The notes under the pieces: generated by a model
The model's input: the letters and a program-made list of their open reading frames with translations, nothing else
Told to the model about the DNA's origin: nothing
The model's database searches: none
Made by a program: the position numbers and the translations under genes
In this document: piece after piece, positions 1 to 9,513 of the stretch
Layout of the letters: every line of letters begins with the position of its first letter
How positions within the stretch are numbered: the first letter of the stretch is position 1
DNA from: Theionarchaea archaeon
Lineage (GTDB): Archaea > Methanobacteriota_B > Thermococci > Methanofastidiosales > SZ-28-30
Direction of reading: 5' to 3'
DNA: 64,000 bases
NCBI GenBank assembly: GCA_018992565.1
Contig: JACVGW010000001.1
Location: forward strand, 36,712-100,711

Positions 1-2
1 CC

Positions 3-443
3 ATGTGCACGACAATGACACGCCACTTTGGGTTGAAAGGAAGTTGTGGCATTGATTTTGTCGTTGACCCAAACGGCAATCCGTATGTCATGGAAATAAA
101 CCCTCGCCCTCAGGCCACTCTGGAGCTCCTGGAAAGAGTGTATGGGCGGAATATGGTAGTCCTCCATGAAAATGCGGTTCGAGGAATCCTGGATGTGTCT
201 TCCGCTCAGCCCAGCGCTCTCAGAACATGGGGGAAAGCCATTGTGTATGCTGAAAGGAATATCACTATGCCCGATACCAGTGAATGGCTTTTCTATTCAT
301 GGATCAAGGACATTCCTCATCCTGCTGAATCCATTCTGAAATCGGAACCAATCTGCACTGTTGTTGCTGATGGTAGTGATAGAGATGATTGCTTTGAACA
401 TCTTGTTCAACATTCTCTGACTCTCAAGGGCTTCTTTCAGTAA
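3..443 (+). CDS. ATP-grasp superfamily enzyme, C-terminal fragment (5' end lies outside the window)
   Basis: ORF is open to the window edge. It carries the ATP-grasp core block GIDFVVDPNGNPYVMEINPRPQ (the E-x-N metal/ATP site typical of ATP-grasp carboligases). Confidence 0.6.
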   Translation: MCTTMTRHFGLKGSCGIDFVVDPNGNPYVMEINPRPQATLELLERVYGRNMVVLHENAVRGILDVSSAQPSALRTWGKAIVYAERNITMPDTSEWLFYSWIKDIPHPAESILKSEPICTVVADGSDRDDCFEHLVQHSLTLKGFFQ

Positions 444-651
444 GTCCTTTTCTGTGATCCACTATATCCTGCAGTGTCCTCGTAACAAGGGTAGAACACC
501 TGGTGAGACCCAGAAGATCAATGATTGATGGTCAGAATACCAATCTGTGTCGTCTCTATAGAGCAAATACCCCCTTCTTGGTGGTTTCACCTAAGGCCAC
601 CTCCTTCAGCTGCTACTTCTCAGCTGAAATCATGGACAATTTGCATAGATT

Positions 652-1326
652 ATGAATCAGAATCATCTTATAGGCGGACAAGCACTACGGGACATGAGTG
701 AACATAGAATACCTGGTAAGCTGATCTGCGTTATATTCAGGAGCGTGGAAGAGCAGCTGGGCGAGAATGGACTCAACACTTTGCTGAGACGATCTGGGCT
801 TGATCATTACATTGACAATCCCCCTCCAGATGATGACACACCTGCTCTTGAACTTGAACCCTTTAAAAAGGCAATAGGATCTGTGGTGGATCTATTCGGA
901 GAGAAGGCCGCCAAACCGCTTCTCTTGCGCTGGGGAAAGCTAGTCTTTCAGTATGCGCTGGAAAGTCGGCCCACCATGTTTGGGTTGGCAGGCTTGACTA
1001 CTACGTTCTTGTCCGAAGAGAGAAAGATGCGATTCATCCTATCCAGGGTATTAGCGGAATTGGACAAGTTGTTTGGAGTTGCTCATATTCTGACTGAAGA
1101 TGAAACTCACTTCCATGTGGAGGTGAAGGACTGCTACTACTGCGGAGGAGTGAAATCATCAGAATGTATATGCTGGCAGCCTGTCGGATTCTGGACCAGT
1201 CTCATGACCTGGATTACAGGGAAAGAACATGAAGTCAAGGAAATTGAATGTAAAGCCCAGGGAAAGGAATCCTGCAAGTTTACTATTGCAAAACAGGGAA
1301 AGAATGCTGCAAAAGAGGCGTCATGA
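652..1326 (+). CDS. V4R (4-vinyl reductase-like) small-molecule-binding domain protein, paralogue 1
   Basis: C-terminal block HFHVEVKDCYYCGG...WITGKEHEVKEIECKAQGKESCKF is typical of V4R domains. It is clearly paralogous to ORF 5168-6004. Confidence 0.6.
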   Translation: MNQNHLIGGQALRDMSEHRIPGKLICVIFRSVEEQLGENGLNTLLRRSGLDHYIDNPPPDDDTPALELEPFKKAIGSVVDLFGEKAAKPLLLRWGKLVFQYALESRPTMFGLAGLTTTFLSEERKMRFILSRVLAELDKLFGVAHILTEDETHFHVEVKDCYYCGGVKSSECICWQPVGFWTSLMTWITGKEHEVKEIECKAQGKESCKFTIAKQGKNAAKEAS

Positions 1327-1485
1327 TCAGTATGTGAAAGCGCTGTCTGTCCAAAAGTTTATAGGGATTGCTGCCTTACCAGATACAGGCAAACCAGAAT
1401 AGTCACCAATGAAAGAATATGTAAAGACCCCCCGACTAAAGAAAAGGAATCTGGTTTGTTTCAATCTGTTGCAGGAGGCATTCTT

Positions 1486-3954
1486 ATGGAATTCGAAAAA
1501 TTGGGTGCATTCTACCTGGGAAAAGAATATAATAGTGCTCGTGGCCAGTTGCTGGATCGCCTGGTCATGTATGATGCCAGAGATCTGACTACTCATGCAC
1601 TCTGTGTGGGTATGACAGGGAGTGGGAAGACAGGTCTGTGCATTGACCTGCTTGAGGAGGCTGCCATCGACCACGTACCTGCCCTTATTATTGATCCCAA
1701 GGGTGATATTACTAATCTGCTGCTGACATTCCCTGAATTGAATCCTGAGGATTTCAAACCTTGGGTGAATGTGGATGATGCCCGCAGGAAAGGATTGACT
1801 GTTGAGCAATTTGCTTCACAGCAAGCGGAATTATGGCGCAATGGACTGAAGGAGTGGGGCCAGGACGGAGATCGGATCTCACTGCTCCGAGAATCAGCAG
1901 ATTTTGCCCTTTATACGCCGGGAAGTGATGCAGGCATACCTGTGTCCATTTTGCAGTCTTTTGCCGCGCCGCTTTTAGAGTGGGAAGGCAATGCAGAGTT
2001 GCTCCGGGAGCGAATTCAGGGGACAGTCAGCGCGCTACTAGGGCTCATCGGGATGGATGTCGACCCTGTGCGAAGCCGGGAACACATTCTCCTAGCTAAC
2101 CTTTTTGAATACTTCTGGCGGCAAAAGGAGGACCTGGATCTGCGAAAATTAATACTTGCAATACAGAACCCACCTATGAGTCAGCTGGGTGTTTTCGATA
2201 TGGACACATTCTTCCCCCAGAGAGAACGGCTTGCTCTGGCCATGAATCTCAATAATATTATTGCAGCTCCCGGATTCCAGACCTGGCTCAAGGGACAGCC
2301 ACTGGACATACCTGGATTCTTGAGCACGCCTGAAGGAATCCCACGACATTCCATTTTCTATATTGCTCATCTCAGTGATGCAGAACGCATGTTTTTCGTC
2401 ACCATGCTCTTGAACCAGGTCGTCACCTGGATGCGTACGCAGCCAGGTACAACAAGCCTGCGAGCTCTCCTGTACATGGATGAGATTTTCGGGTTCTTTC
2501 CTCCAGTTGCAAATCCTCCTTCAAAACAGCCCATGCTAACCCTGTTGAAACAGGCTAGAGCCTTTGGACTCGGGGTGGTACTGACCACTCAGAATCCCGT
2601 GGATCTTGACTATAAGGGGCTGACCAATACAGGAACCTGGCTCATCGGGAGGCTCCAGACAGAACGAGACAAGATGCGGGTACTGGATGGGCTGGAGAGT
2701 GCCTCTGCCGAGGCGGGTCAATCCTTGGATCGGGCCGAGCTGAGTCAGATAATCTCAAGCCTGGGATCAAGAATATTTCTCCTGCACAATGTTCATGAGA
2801 AAGCACCCGTTACCTTTCAAACTCGATGGGCTATGAGTTATCTCAGAGGGCCGCTGACCCGCAGCCAGGTGAAGCAACTGGTAGGTCAGAGAAAGCCTGA
2901 CTACCTGGAAGGTGTAAACCCCGCAGTCCACTCTCCCGTTTCGGAATCCCTCGCTTCTCTCCCTCCCTCGATTTCACCTGATATTGACCAGGTTTATCTT
3001 CCCTTGAAGAAAGGTGTTCAGGCTACGCTACAAGACATCCAGGGTGAGCCTCTTGCCACACTGGAGAAGAGCGAGCTCATATATGTGCCTGCTGTCCTGG
3101 GGATGGGCTCTGTCCATGTTACAGATCGCAAGCTGCGACTAGATGAAGAGAAGAAGTTCGCACTGCTCTTGCTGGATACTCTCAATCTCCTCCAGTGGGA
3201 ACAAAGCCTATCCCTCGAGCTCGATGCCCGCGATGTACTTTCTGCACCTGAGCCAGATGCACTTTTCGAGGTCTTGCCTGATTCTTTCGATGAGAAGAGA
3301 GAAATTACGAATCTGAAAAAGGATCTCACAGACCATCTCTACCGCACTGGGGGAATCACCCTTCTTCATAGCCCGTCACTAAAAACATATTCAAAACCTG
3401 GGGAATCAGAACGCGACTTTAAGATGCGCTTGACCCAAATGGCACGTGAGAAGAGAGACGAAGAGGTAGATGCTCTTACCCGGAAATTTGACAAACGCTT
3501 TCAGAGCCTTGAGAACCGGTTGCGCAAAGCAGAGGCAACACTGACCAAGAAACAAGCTAAGGCAGGAGCATACAAACAGGAAATCGCTGTTTCTGTAGGT
3601 GAATCAGTGCTGGGTATGTTCATGGGACGCCGATCTACCCGTGCTGCATCCACTGCCTTGAGCAAGTACCGTCAGAGCAAGATGTCCAGCATGGAGGCAG
3701 AACAAGCAGAAGAGAACGTGGAGGCTCTCAGAGAAGAAACGAAGCAGCTTGAACAGGAACTGAAAGAGCAGACTGCAGTGATAACTCAGGAATGGGAGAG
3801 AGCTCTGGACAATGTGGAGAGAGTTTCCCTCGCTCCGCGTAAGAGCGATATTGCAGTGAATATGGTCAGCTTGGCCTGGATACCTCACTGGCGTATTGCA
3901 TACAGAGACGAGAAAGGAGGTTCCCAGACTGCGACAGTTCCTGCCTTTCAATAG
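1486..3954 (+). CDS. HerA/FtsK-type (DUF87-like) P-loop ATPase with long C-terminal coiled-coil region
   Basis: Walker A is GMTGSGKTG and Walker B-like is LLYMDEIFGFFPP. The block VVLTTQNPVDLDYKGLTNTGTWLIGRLQTERD is typical of HerA/VirB4-like ATPases. The start was moved to ATG 1486, which follows GCAGGAGGC. The C-terminal ~200 aa are rich in heptad-like K/E/Q repeats. Confidence 0.7.
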   Translation: MEFEKLGAFYLGKEYNSARGQLLDRLVMYDARDLTTHALCVGMTGSGKTGLCIDLLEEAAIDHVPALIIDPKGDITNLLLTFPELNPEDFKPWVNVDDARRKGLTVEQFASQQAELWRNGLKEWGQDGDRISLLRESADFALYTPGSDAGIPVSILQSFAAPLLEWEGNAELLRERIQGTVSALLGLIGMDVDPVRSREHILLANLFEYFWRQKEDLDLRKLILAIQNPPMSQLGVFDMDTFFPQRERLALAMNLNNIIAAPGFQTWLKGQPLDIPGFLSTPEGIPRHSIFYIAHLSDAERMFFVTMLLNQVVTWMRTQPGTTSLRALLYMDEIFGFFPPVANPPSKQPMLTLLKQARAFGLGVVLTTQNPVDLDYKGLTNTGTWLIGRLQTERDKMRVLDGLESASAEAGQSLDRAELSQIISSLGSRIFLLHNVHEKAPVTFQTRWAMSYLRGPLTRSQVKQLVGQRKPDYLEGVNPAVHSPVSESLASLPPSISPDIDQVYLPLKKGVQATLQDIQGEPLATLEKSELIYVPAVLGMGSVHVTDRKLRLDEEKKFALLLLDTLNLLQWEQSLSLELDARDVLSAPEPDALFEVLPDSFDEKREITNLKKDLTDHLYRTGGITLLHSPSLKTYSKPGESERDFKMRLTQMAREKRDEEVDALTRKFDKRFQSLENRLRKAEATLTKKQAKAGAYKQEIAVSVGESVLGMFMGRRSTRAASTALSKYRQSKMSSMEAEQAEENVEALREETKQLEQELKEQTAVITQEWERALDNVERVSLAPRKSDIAVNMVSLAWIPHWRIAYRDEKGGSQTATVPAFQ

Positions 3955-3979
3955 CCAGGCTGCCCTCATAAAAAGGTAC

Positions 3980-4414
3980 TTATTTCTCAGCAGCCTTGAA
4001 AATGAGAGCAACGTCCCTCTCCGGTAGCGTGCGCATTGCCTTGCCTTGGAGGTGCCCGCTCCATCTCTTTTTGTTCTTAATAAAAGAAAGGTCAGGAATC
4101 AATGGTTTGAAAGGAATTTCTCCAAAAGATACAACATCTTGAAGCCTAGTCCTGAGAGGATATGTCTCGCCTGTTTTCGACGTGAAAATTCTTTTGATAT
4201 CCCTGAAAACATCTGAAGCAACGTCAGCATGGCCGCACACTGCAGACTCCAACCGCCCACTCTGAGACTGTTCGCCCACCAGGTAGAAGAATAGTCCATC
4301 GCCAATTGTCACCCGTGAGATTGTGTTCCTGTGGCGTTCAGAAACACCCCACACCTGGTGATCGAGAACAGATTTCCAGTTCTCTCGGTTCAGAATGCAG
4401 AGCCAGTGTGTCAT
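3980..4414 (-). CDS. PUA-like (EVE/ASCH-type) domain protein
   Basis: The N-terminus HWLCILNRENWKSVLDHQVWGVSERHRNTISRVTIGDGLFFY matches the N-terminal pattern of EVE/PUA-like proteins (W..i.n..nW......vWGv.......i..v..GD...fY). Confidence 0.5.
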   Translation of the reverse strand: MTHWLCILNRENWKSVLDHQVWGVSERHRNTISRVTIGDGLFFYLVGEQSQSGRLESAVCGHADVASDVFRDIKRIFTSKTGETYPLRTRLQDVVSFGEIPFKPLIPDLSFIKNKKRWSGHLQGKAMRTLPERDVALIFKAAEK

Positions 4415-4638
4415 GAGATATGTTGATTCTGCAGTTTATAAGTCCACTGCAAGGGCACAGTGGGGCTGGACATCACCAGATGTGGGCACTTATCTCAACT
4501 CTCGCTTCTTTCATGGATTTCATGCTGTGCTTCAATGTTTTTCCAGTTCCTCATGCACAGATGCATCCGCAAAGGTTATATAAGAATATACGATGAGGGA
4601 GAGAGAACACGGCATAAAGCGAAATCGAAGGTACCTCT

Positions 4639-5136
4639 ATGCGAGCAAAGAGATCTATCGACAAAATGGAAAAAAAGAAAGACGTTGCCGGTCTTATTGA
4701 AATGCTGAGAAGAAATGACTGGACTCTCAGAAGGAAAGCAGCTACCGCGCTGGAAAAAGTCGGTGCCCCGGCTGTGGAAGCAGTCATAATTGCCCTTGAA
4801 GATGAGAACAGGTATGTCAGAAGAATGGCTGCTCTTATACTGGGAACAATAAGAGATAGACGGGCAGTAGAACCCCTCATCGCGGTATTAGGAGACCAGG
4901 ACACCAATGTTCGGCGCTGTGCAGCGGAATCATTAGGGAAACTGAAAGACAAGCGCGCTATAGAACCCCTTGTTCTAGCTTTGAGAGAAGAGAAGGATTC
5001 TGTTCGATGGATAATTGCTCTTGCTCTGCAGAAACTGGGTGGTGAAAAAGAAGTCGATTCTCTCATGGGGGCACTTGAAGATAGCCAGGATGTACGCGAA
5101 AATGAGGTGGAAGGGAACACGGATAATATCCTGTGA
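4639..5136 (+). CDS. HEAT-repeat (PBS-lyase HEAT-like) protein
   Basis: There are about five ~31-aa repeats of the form D..VRr.AA.aLG.i.d.rAvepLi.aL. Confidence 0.75.
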   Translation: MRAKRSIDKMEKKKDVAGLIEMLRRNDWTLRRKAATALEKVGAPAVEAVIIALEDENRYVRRMAALILGTIRDRRAVEPLIAVLGDQDTNVRRCAAESLGKLKDKRAIEPLVLALREEKDSVRWIIALALQKLGGEKEVDSLMGALEDSQDVRENEVEGNTDNIL

Positions 5137-5167
5137 ATTACTCCATTAATAGGCTGCATCTCCTTTG

Positions 5168-6004
5168 ATGGAGCAAGAAGAGAAGAGAGGGGAGACAAAA
5201 CCTTATATACACATCCTTTATACGGTGTGCAGGGTGAGTGAAATGACTACCGAGCCGAGAGTACCTTCAGACAGAGAGCTATCTCTGGAGGGTCAAGATG
5301 AAGTGGAATTCTCTTCTCTGTCCTGTGAAAAGGACAAGGTTGGTTTTGATGAGGGTTGCCCAGAACCCACACACTATGAAAGCGGTGGAGGAAAAAACAC
5401 CAGCAACTATGAAATGAGAACCTGGCTGGAGACCATACAGAACATCGTTGGATCGAATGGACTGAAATCTATCCTGAATCATGCCCATCTACAGCACTAC
5501 CAATCTAACTTCCCACCCAAAGACTATCAGTTCAAGATTCCGCTGGAAGATGTGGGAAACCTCTTTAAATCATTGAACACTCTTTTTGGAGACAGAGGGA
5601 CTCGCAGTCTGCAGCTGCGGATTGGTCGAGAATTCACCCGTGTCACAATTGACAATTACAATCCGGTGATGGCCAAGAGTCTTCAGGTCGCTGCCCGATT
5701 GGTACCTGAGGTTACCAAAATGCGTCTTGCTTTACGAAAATTCGAAGAAGAGATGGGAAAGGGTCTTTCTTTGGAAATAAAACTCACAGAGGAAAGCGAT
5801 CACTTCCTATTAACCATTAAGGGCATTTTCGTCAGTGAGGGCGTTCAATGCGAGACGCCCGTGTGCCATGCATATGTAGGCATTCTCCAGTATCTAATGG
5901 AATGGATTACTGGCCGCCCTCATGAAGTGGAAGAAATCGAGTGCAGAGCACAGGGGTTCCCTGCTGACGTGTTCAGAATTTCAAAGGACTCTGAGCTGCA
6001 TTGA
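5168..6004 (+). CDS. V4R domain protein, paralogue 2, with disordered N-terminal extension
   Basis: C-terminal block HFLLTIKG...CHAYVGILQYLMEWITGRPHEVEEIECRAQG parallels ORF 652-1326. The start is uncertain (ATG 5168 or 5237). Confidence 0.6.
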   Translation: MEQEEKRGETKPYIHILYTVCRVSEMTTEPRVPSDRELSLEGQDEVEFSSLSCEKDKVGFDEGCPEPTHYESGGGKNTSNYEMRTWLETIQNIVGSNGLKSILNHAHLQHYQSNFPPKDYQFKIPLEDVGNLFKSLNTLFGDRGTRSLQLRIGREFTRVTIDNYNPVMAKSLQVAARLVPEVTKMRLALRKFEEEMGKGLSLEIKLTEESDHFLLTIKGIFVSEGVQCETPVCHAYVGILQYLMEWITGRPHEVEEIECRAQGFPADVFRISKDSELH

Positions 6005-6031
6005 AGATGAAGCCACACAGGACGTGAACAC

Positions 6032-7381
6032 ATGACATCTGTTCAGAAGGAGATGTTCTTGCGCAAACTGGGTGCGAATGAACGGGTGGTTTGGCAGACA
6101 ATTCAGGCGGGGTCAATCAACTTTGCTGCAGTAGCTCGTATCTCAGGGTATGTGGATGAGGCGGCACTCCGGACTGTCCTCGATCTTCTTTCTCAGCGTC
6201 ATCCCCTGCTGAGAACCCGGATTGACATACAGCAGGGAGAACCGGTTTTTACGTCATGTGATGTTCCCGAAATTCCTCTGCGGTCAGTAAGGAGAACCAA
6301 GGATACCCAGTGGCAGGAGGAAGCAGAAAGAGAACTGAATACGGTATTACCGTGGTCTACAGGGCCCTTGTTACGGGTGGTACTCCTACAAAACCGTAAT
6401 CATAGTGACATAGTGACCAGGTTTCATCATGTCATGGGTGATGGAACCTCAGGAATGTATCTCATGCACGACCTAATAAAGCTCCTGGGAAGCATTTGTA
6501 ACGGCAAAGTCCCCACATTTAAGCGCATGCCGGAAAGGCCTCCGGTAGAAGAACTTCTTCCTCATATGAATAACCTGGAAGGAATGGTAAAGAGTGCTAC
6601 TCTGGCCAGCAGGCAAATGTTCAACATTATCATGAGACGCCCTCGAACGTTGCCTATAGATAGGAAAGCCTCCCTGGAAGAGTGTTTCACCCGGATTGTG
6701 CACTGCACGCTTTCAAAAGAGGAAACTGGTGCCCTCATTGAACGATGCAGAAGGGAATCCACGTCAGTCCATGGAGCGATTTGTGCGGCTATGCTCATGG
6801 CAGCAAGCAAGCAAATCTGTAATTCCGAGGAGAAGTATCCTATCACCTTAAATTGCATGTCCCCGGTGGATCTCCGTCCGTATCTCAATCCCCCACTTGG
6901 GGAAGAACTAGGATTTTACGCCTCCATGGTAATCACAGCTCATAAGGTACAAGACAATGGGAAATTATGGGATCTCGCTCGAAGTGTTCGACGTCGAGTA
7001 CAGACCTCCATTCAGAGTGGTGATCCTCTTGTATTCATCTCACTCCTGGATATGCTGACCCCCCATGATGCTCGACCCTCTGATTTCGCCAGAAGAGCCT
7101 CTCAAATCTACCCGGCGCCTATTATGGTCACCAACTTAAGACGAATTGCCATTCCCAAGGTATATGAGACCTTATCCCTGGAAAAACTGCACTTTGTCGT
7201 CTCAAACAAGGCAGTCCCCAATCTATTCAATGCGGCACTCGTGACCTTCGCTGACAGACTGACTCTCAATTTCTCTTACGTAGATCCAGTAATATCTCCA
7301 GAGCACGCCCGCTCCCTCGTTGAAGATACTATGAAAATGCTTGGTACCCAATTCCATCAGCAATCGCTGCATTGCATGTGA
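6032..7381 (+). CDS. Condensation-domain / PapA5-like acyltransferase (HHxxxDG family)
   Basis: Catalytic motif HHVMGDGTSG lies at about nt 6424-6450. Size is ~450 aa. The N-terminal pattern (RHPLLRTRI...) is as in condensation / wax-ester-synthase-like enzymes. Confidence 0.55.
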   Translation: MTSVQKEMFLRKLGANERVVWQTIQAGSINFAAVARISGYVDEAALRTVLDLLSQRHPLLRTRIDIQQGEPVFTSCDVPEIPLRSVRRTKDTQWQEEAERELNTVLPWSTGPLLRVVLLQNRNHSDIVTRFHHVMGDGTSGMYLMHDLIKLLGSICNGKVPTFKRMPERPPVEELLPHMNNLEGMVKSATLASRQMFNIIMRRPRTLPIDRKASLEECFTRIVHCTLSKEETGALIERCRRESTSVHGAICAAMLMAASKQICNSEEKYPITLNCMSPVDLRPYLNPPLGEELGFYASMVITAHKVQDNGKLWDLARSVRRRVQTSIQSGDPLVFISLLDMLTPHDARPSDFARRASQIYPAPIMVTNLRRIAIPKVYETLSLEKLHFVVSNKAVPNLFNAALVTFADRLTLNFSYVDPVISPEHARSLVEDTMKMLGTQFHQQSLHCM

Positions 7382-7418
7382 TGGTTCTTCCGCCATTCCT
7401 CATAATGTAATCAACTAG

Positions 7419-7437
7419 AAAAGGAAGAAAAAAAGGT
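7419..7437 (-). terminator. Oligo-T tract terminator candidate after the OPT and small-ORF unit
   Basis: The minus strand reads TAAACCTTTTTTTCTTCCTTTTC directly after the small ORF stop. Archaeal termination typically uses oligo-T runs. Confidence 0.3.
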
Positions 7438-7557
7438 TTATTCCGATTCGTCCTCCAGATCAGAGTCCTGCGCCATCAGCTCTTCATAAATCACATACAA
7501 GACTCCAAGACAGGCAATAATTCCCAAGCACAGCCAGAGTGTTACCCACCAGTACAT
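7438..7557 (-). CDS. Small (39 aa) single-pass membrane protein with acidic tail, coupled to the OPT transporter
   Basis: My own translation is MYWWVTLWLCLGIIACLGVLYVIYEELMAQDSDLEDESE. Its ATG directly abuts the OPT stop (TAGATG). It is too short for the supplied ORF track. Confidence 0.4.
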   Translation of the reverse strand: MYWWVTLWLCLGIIACLGVLYVIYEELMAQDSDLEDESE

Positions 7558-9513
7558 CTAGCCACCTCCTAATGCTGAAACAACAACATTGATGAGCACC
7601 ATGACCAGCGGCGCCAGTGCAATCCCACCCAGGACCAGACCTGCTGCAAACGGTTTCCCTTTTCTATCCATCCAGGCTGTGCCCTTCACTCGTTCCACGA
7701 TTGCGCGGATCAGGCCTCCTATGAAGAACGTGCTGGTATACATGGGGCCCACAAGTGCGCCAATGCCCACAGCAGTGAGGATGAAGGGCAGATTCCGTTT
7801 CTGCAGGAAGAACACCACAATCCCGATTATAAACCCTGCCAGTACAAAGGAACGGTCGAAGACCAGTCCAAGCTGTCCTGTGGAAAAGGCGATGATACTT
7901 GAGGCCACATTCTGCATATTGGTCATGGGGAGTGCAGTCCCGCCCACTCCGTAGAAATGCCATATCAGGAACACGAAAGGAGTAGATATCAGCCATCCAA
8001 AGCACCATCCCAGAAGCGCGCTGAGGTACTGATGGCGGGGATTCACATCAAAAGCTTCACCCACTTTCAGTGCTTCCATCTGTCCCGCAGCAAACCGGGA
8101 CCCCTGCAGACTCTCTGTAATGGCAAACCCTCCAAATCCCAGAACACCCAGTGAGTTCAGTGCAAACTGTCTTAGAGAATCTGTAACACCAGCGAACTGA
8201 GATAGCCATATGATTCCTGCTTCCCCAGCTATTCTGGTGTCAATGAGAATGGCCAGCAGGAATATGCCCAGGACAATGCATCCTATCAACAGTGCTCTTG
8301 ACAAACTCAGTGGAAATTCGCTGATAAATCGATCAAATGACATCACGGAGGATAGCATCAACACGGCTGCAGAGAAAATGACGAAGACAATCACCGTACT
8401 CTTGGAGGGTCTCCAGGTGACTCTGGACCCTGAAAGCAACGGAGCAACTATTTTTAGAATAATTGGAGCCAGCGCTGCTGTTATCAGCAGCCCTGAGGCA
8501 ATAGAGAATCCATAAGGATACCTGAAATCAGTCCATTGATTCGCAAAGAATGCATAACCCTTTATGGTACCTCTGCTCACCAGAAGAGCACTGAGAAAGA
8601 CGTAGAAAGCCACAGCACTTCCTATCATGTTAAATGTCGATTTGGGAGACATGAGCATTCCCAGCCCAATAAACCCTACACTGATAATAACACAGAACAG
8701 TGCTCCGTGAAGAACGGACCCCACATAGGGAGTCAGATCCAGTAACCGGAATTGACTGGAGATATCCACCAGCCAGTCTGGAGCATATCCCAGGGAAGAG
8801 GGATAGTACACAAATACAAAATCCACCACAAATCCAATGATCATTCCATAGAACAGGTGGTCGAGCCTGTACCTCTCAAGTTGCAGCCCTTTTATAAACT
8901 GGATGTCTGTTTGAGCCCCAGGGAAAGCGAGACCTTCTTCTTTTATCAGGCTGTTTCTCAGCCAGATAACCACCATCAGTGCTGCAATCCCTGACACAAT
9001 GGCAACGGGCACCATCCAGGAAAGAGGTGTAATCCAGCTCTTTGAGAGCATCACACCTTCCTGCAGCACATTTCCGTATAATGTCTTATTGGGCAAAATC
9101 CAATCAGGAATCCGCATACCTGCAGACTCTGGAACATTATACAAAGTAATAAGAACCCATGTTAGAGGGAATATGGAGAAAGCGAAAGCTGCAGCCTGGT
9201 GAACAGTGTAACTAACCACTGCCTCTTTGGATGATGGAGGTTGTGCCTGGAATAATGAAGCATACGCGAATAGTGCAGTCACAGAAATCATGGCCCCTGT
9301 AATCATGAGACCAACAGTGAGCACCAGGAATGCATTTACCACCGCTACGAGACTGCCAAAGACCAGTCCGATGAGTAATGATCGCACGGTAAGAGTTTTT
9401 TCTGTCATCACCAAGAAAGACTTTGACAGTAATATAAATATTTCGGTGATTCGACTCACGTCTTCATGATTCGGTTTGTGAAGCACATTTTCCATGAGGC
9501 GTAGCGAATGCAT
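7558..9513 (-). CDS. OPT-family oligopeptide/metal-chelate transporter
   Basis: ~650-aa polytopic membrane protein with many hydrophobic segments and an OPT-like N-terminal block TVRSLLIGLVFGSLVAVVNAFLVL. The start is uncertain (9513 or ATG 9408). Confidence 0.6.
   Translation of the reverse strand: MHSLRLMENVLHKPNHEDVSRITEIFILLSKSFLVMTEKTLTVRSLLIGLVFGSLVAVVNAFLVLTVGLMITGAMISVTALFAYASLFQAQPPSSKEAVVSYTVHQAAAFAFSIFPLTWVLITLYNVPESAGMRIPDWILPNKTLYGNVLQEGVMLSKSWITPLSWMVPVAIVSGIAALMVVIWLRNSLIKEEGLAFPGAQTDIQFIKGLQLERYRLDHLFYGMIIGFVVDFVFVYYPSSLGYAPDWLVDISSQFRLLDLTPYVGSVLHGALFCVIISVGFIGLGMLMSPKSTFNMIGSAVAFYVFLSALLVSRGTIKGYAFFANQWTDFRYPYGFSIASGLLITAALAPIILKIVAPLLSGSRVTWRPSKSTVIVFVIFSAAVLMLSSVMSFDRFISEFPLSLSRALLIGCIVLGIFLLAILIDTRIAGEAGIIWLSQFAGVTDSLRQFALNSLGVLGFGGFAITESLQGSRFAAGQMEALKVGEAFDVNPRHQYLSALLGWCFGWLISTPFVFLIWHFYGVGGTALPMTNMQNVASSIIAFSTGQLGLVFDRSFVLAGFIIGIVVFFLQKRNLPFILTAVGIGALVGPMYTSTFFIGGLIRAIVERVKGTAWMDRKGKPFAAGLVLGGIALAPLVMVLINVVVSALGGG

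Noticed and set aside
4551-5198. 215-aa minus-strand ORF opposite the HEAT-repeat gene
   Set aside because: This is a shadow ORF. It has a Ser/Ala/Arg-rich low-complexity translation and no motif, while the plus strand carries clear HEAT repeats.
7589-9469. Multiple plus-strand ORFs opposite the OPT transporter
   Set aside because: They are antisense frames of a long, hydrophobic, coherent minus-strand ORF.
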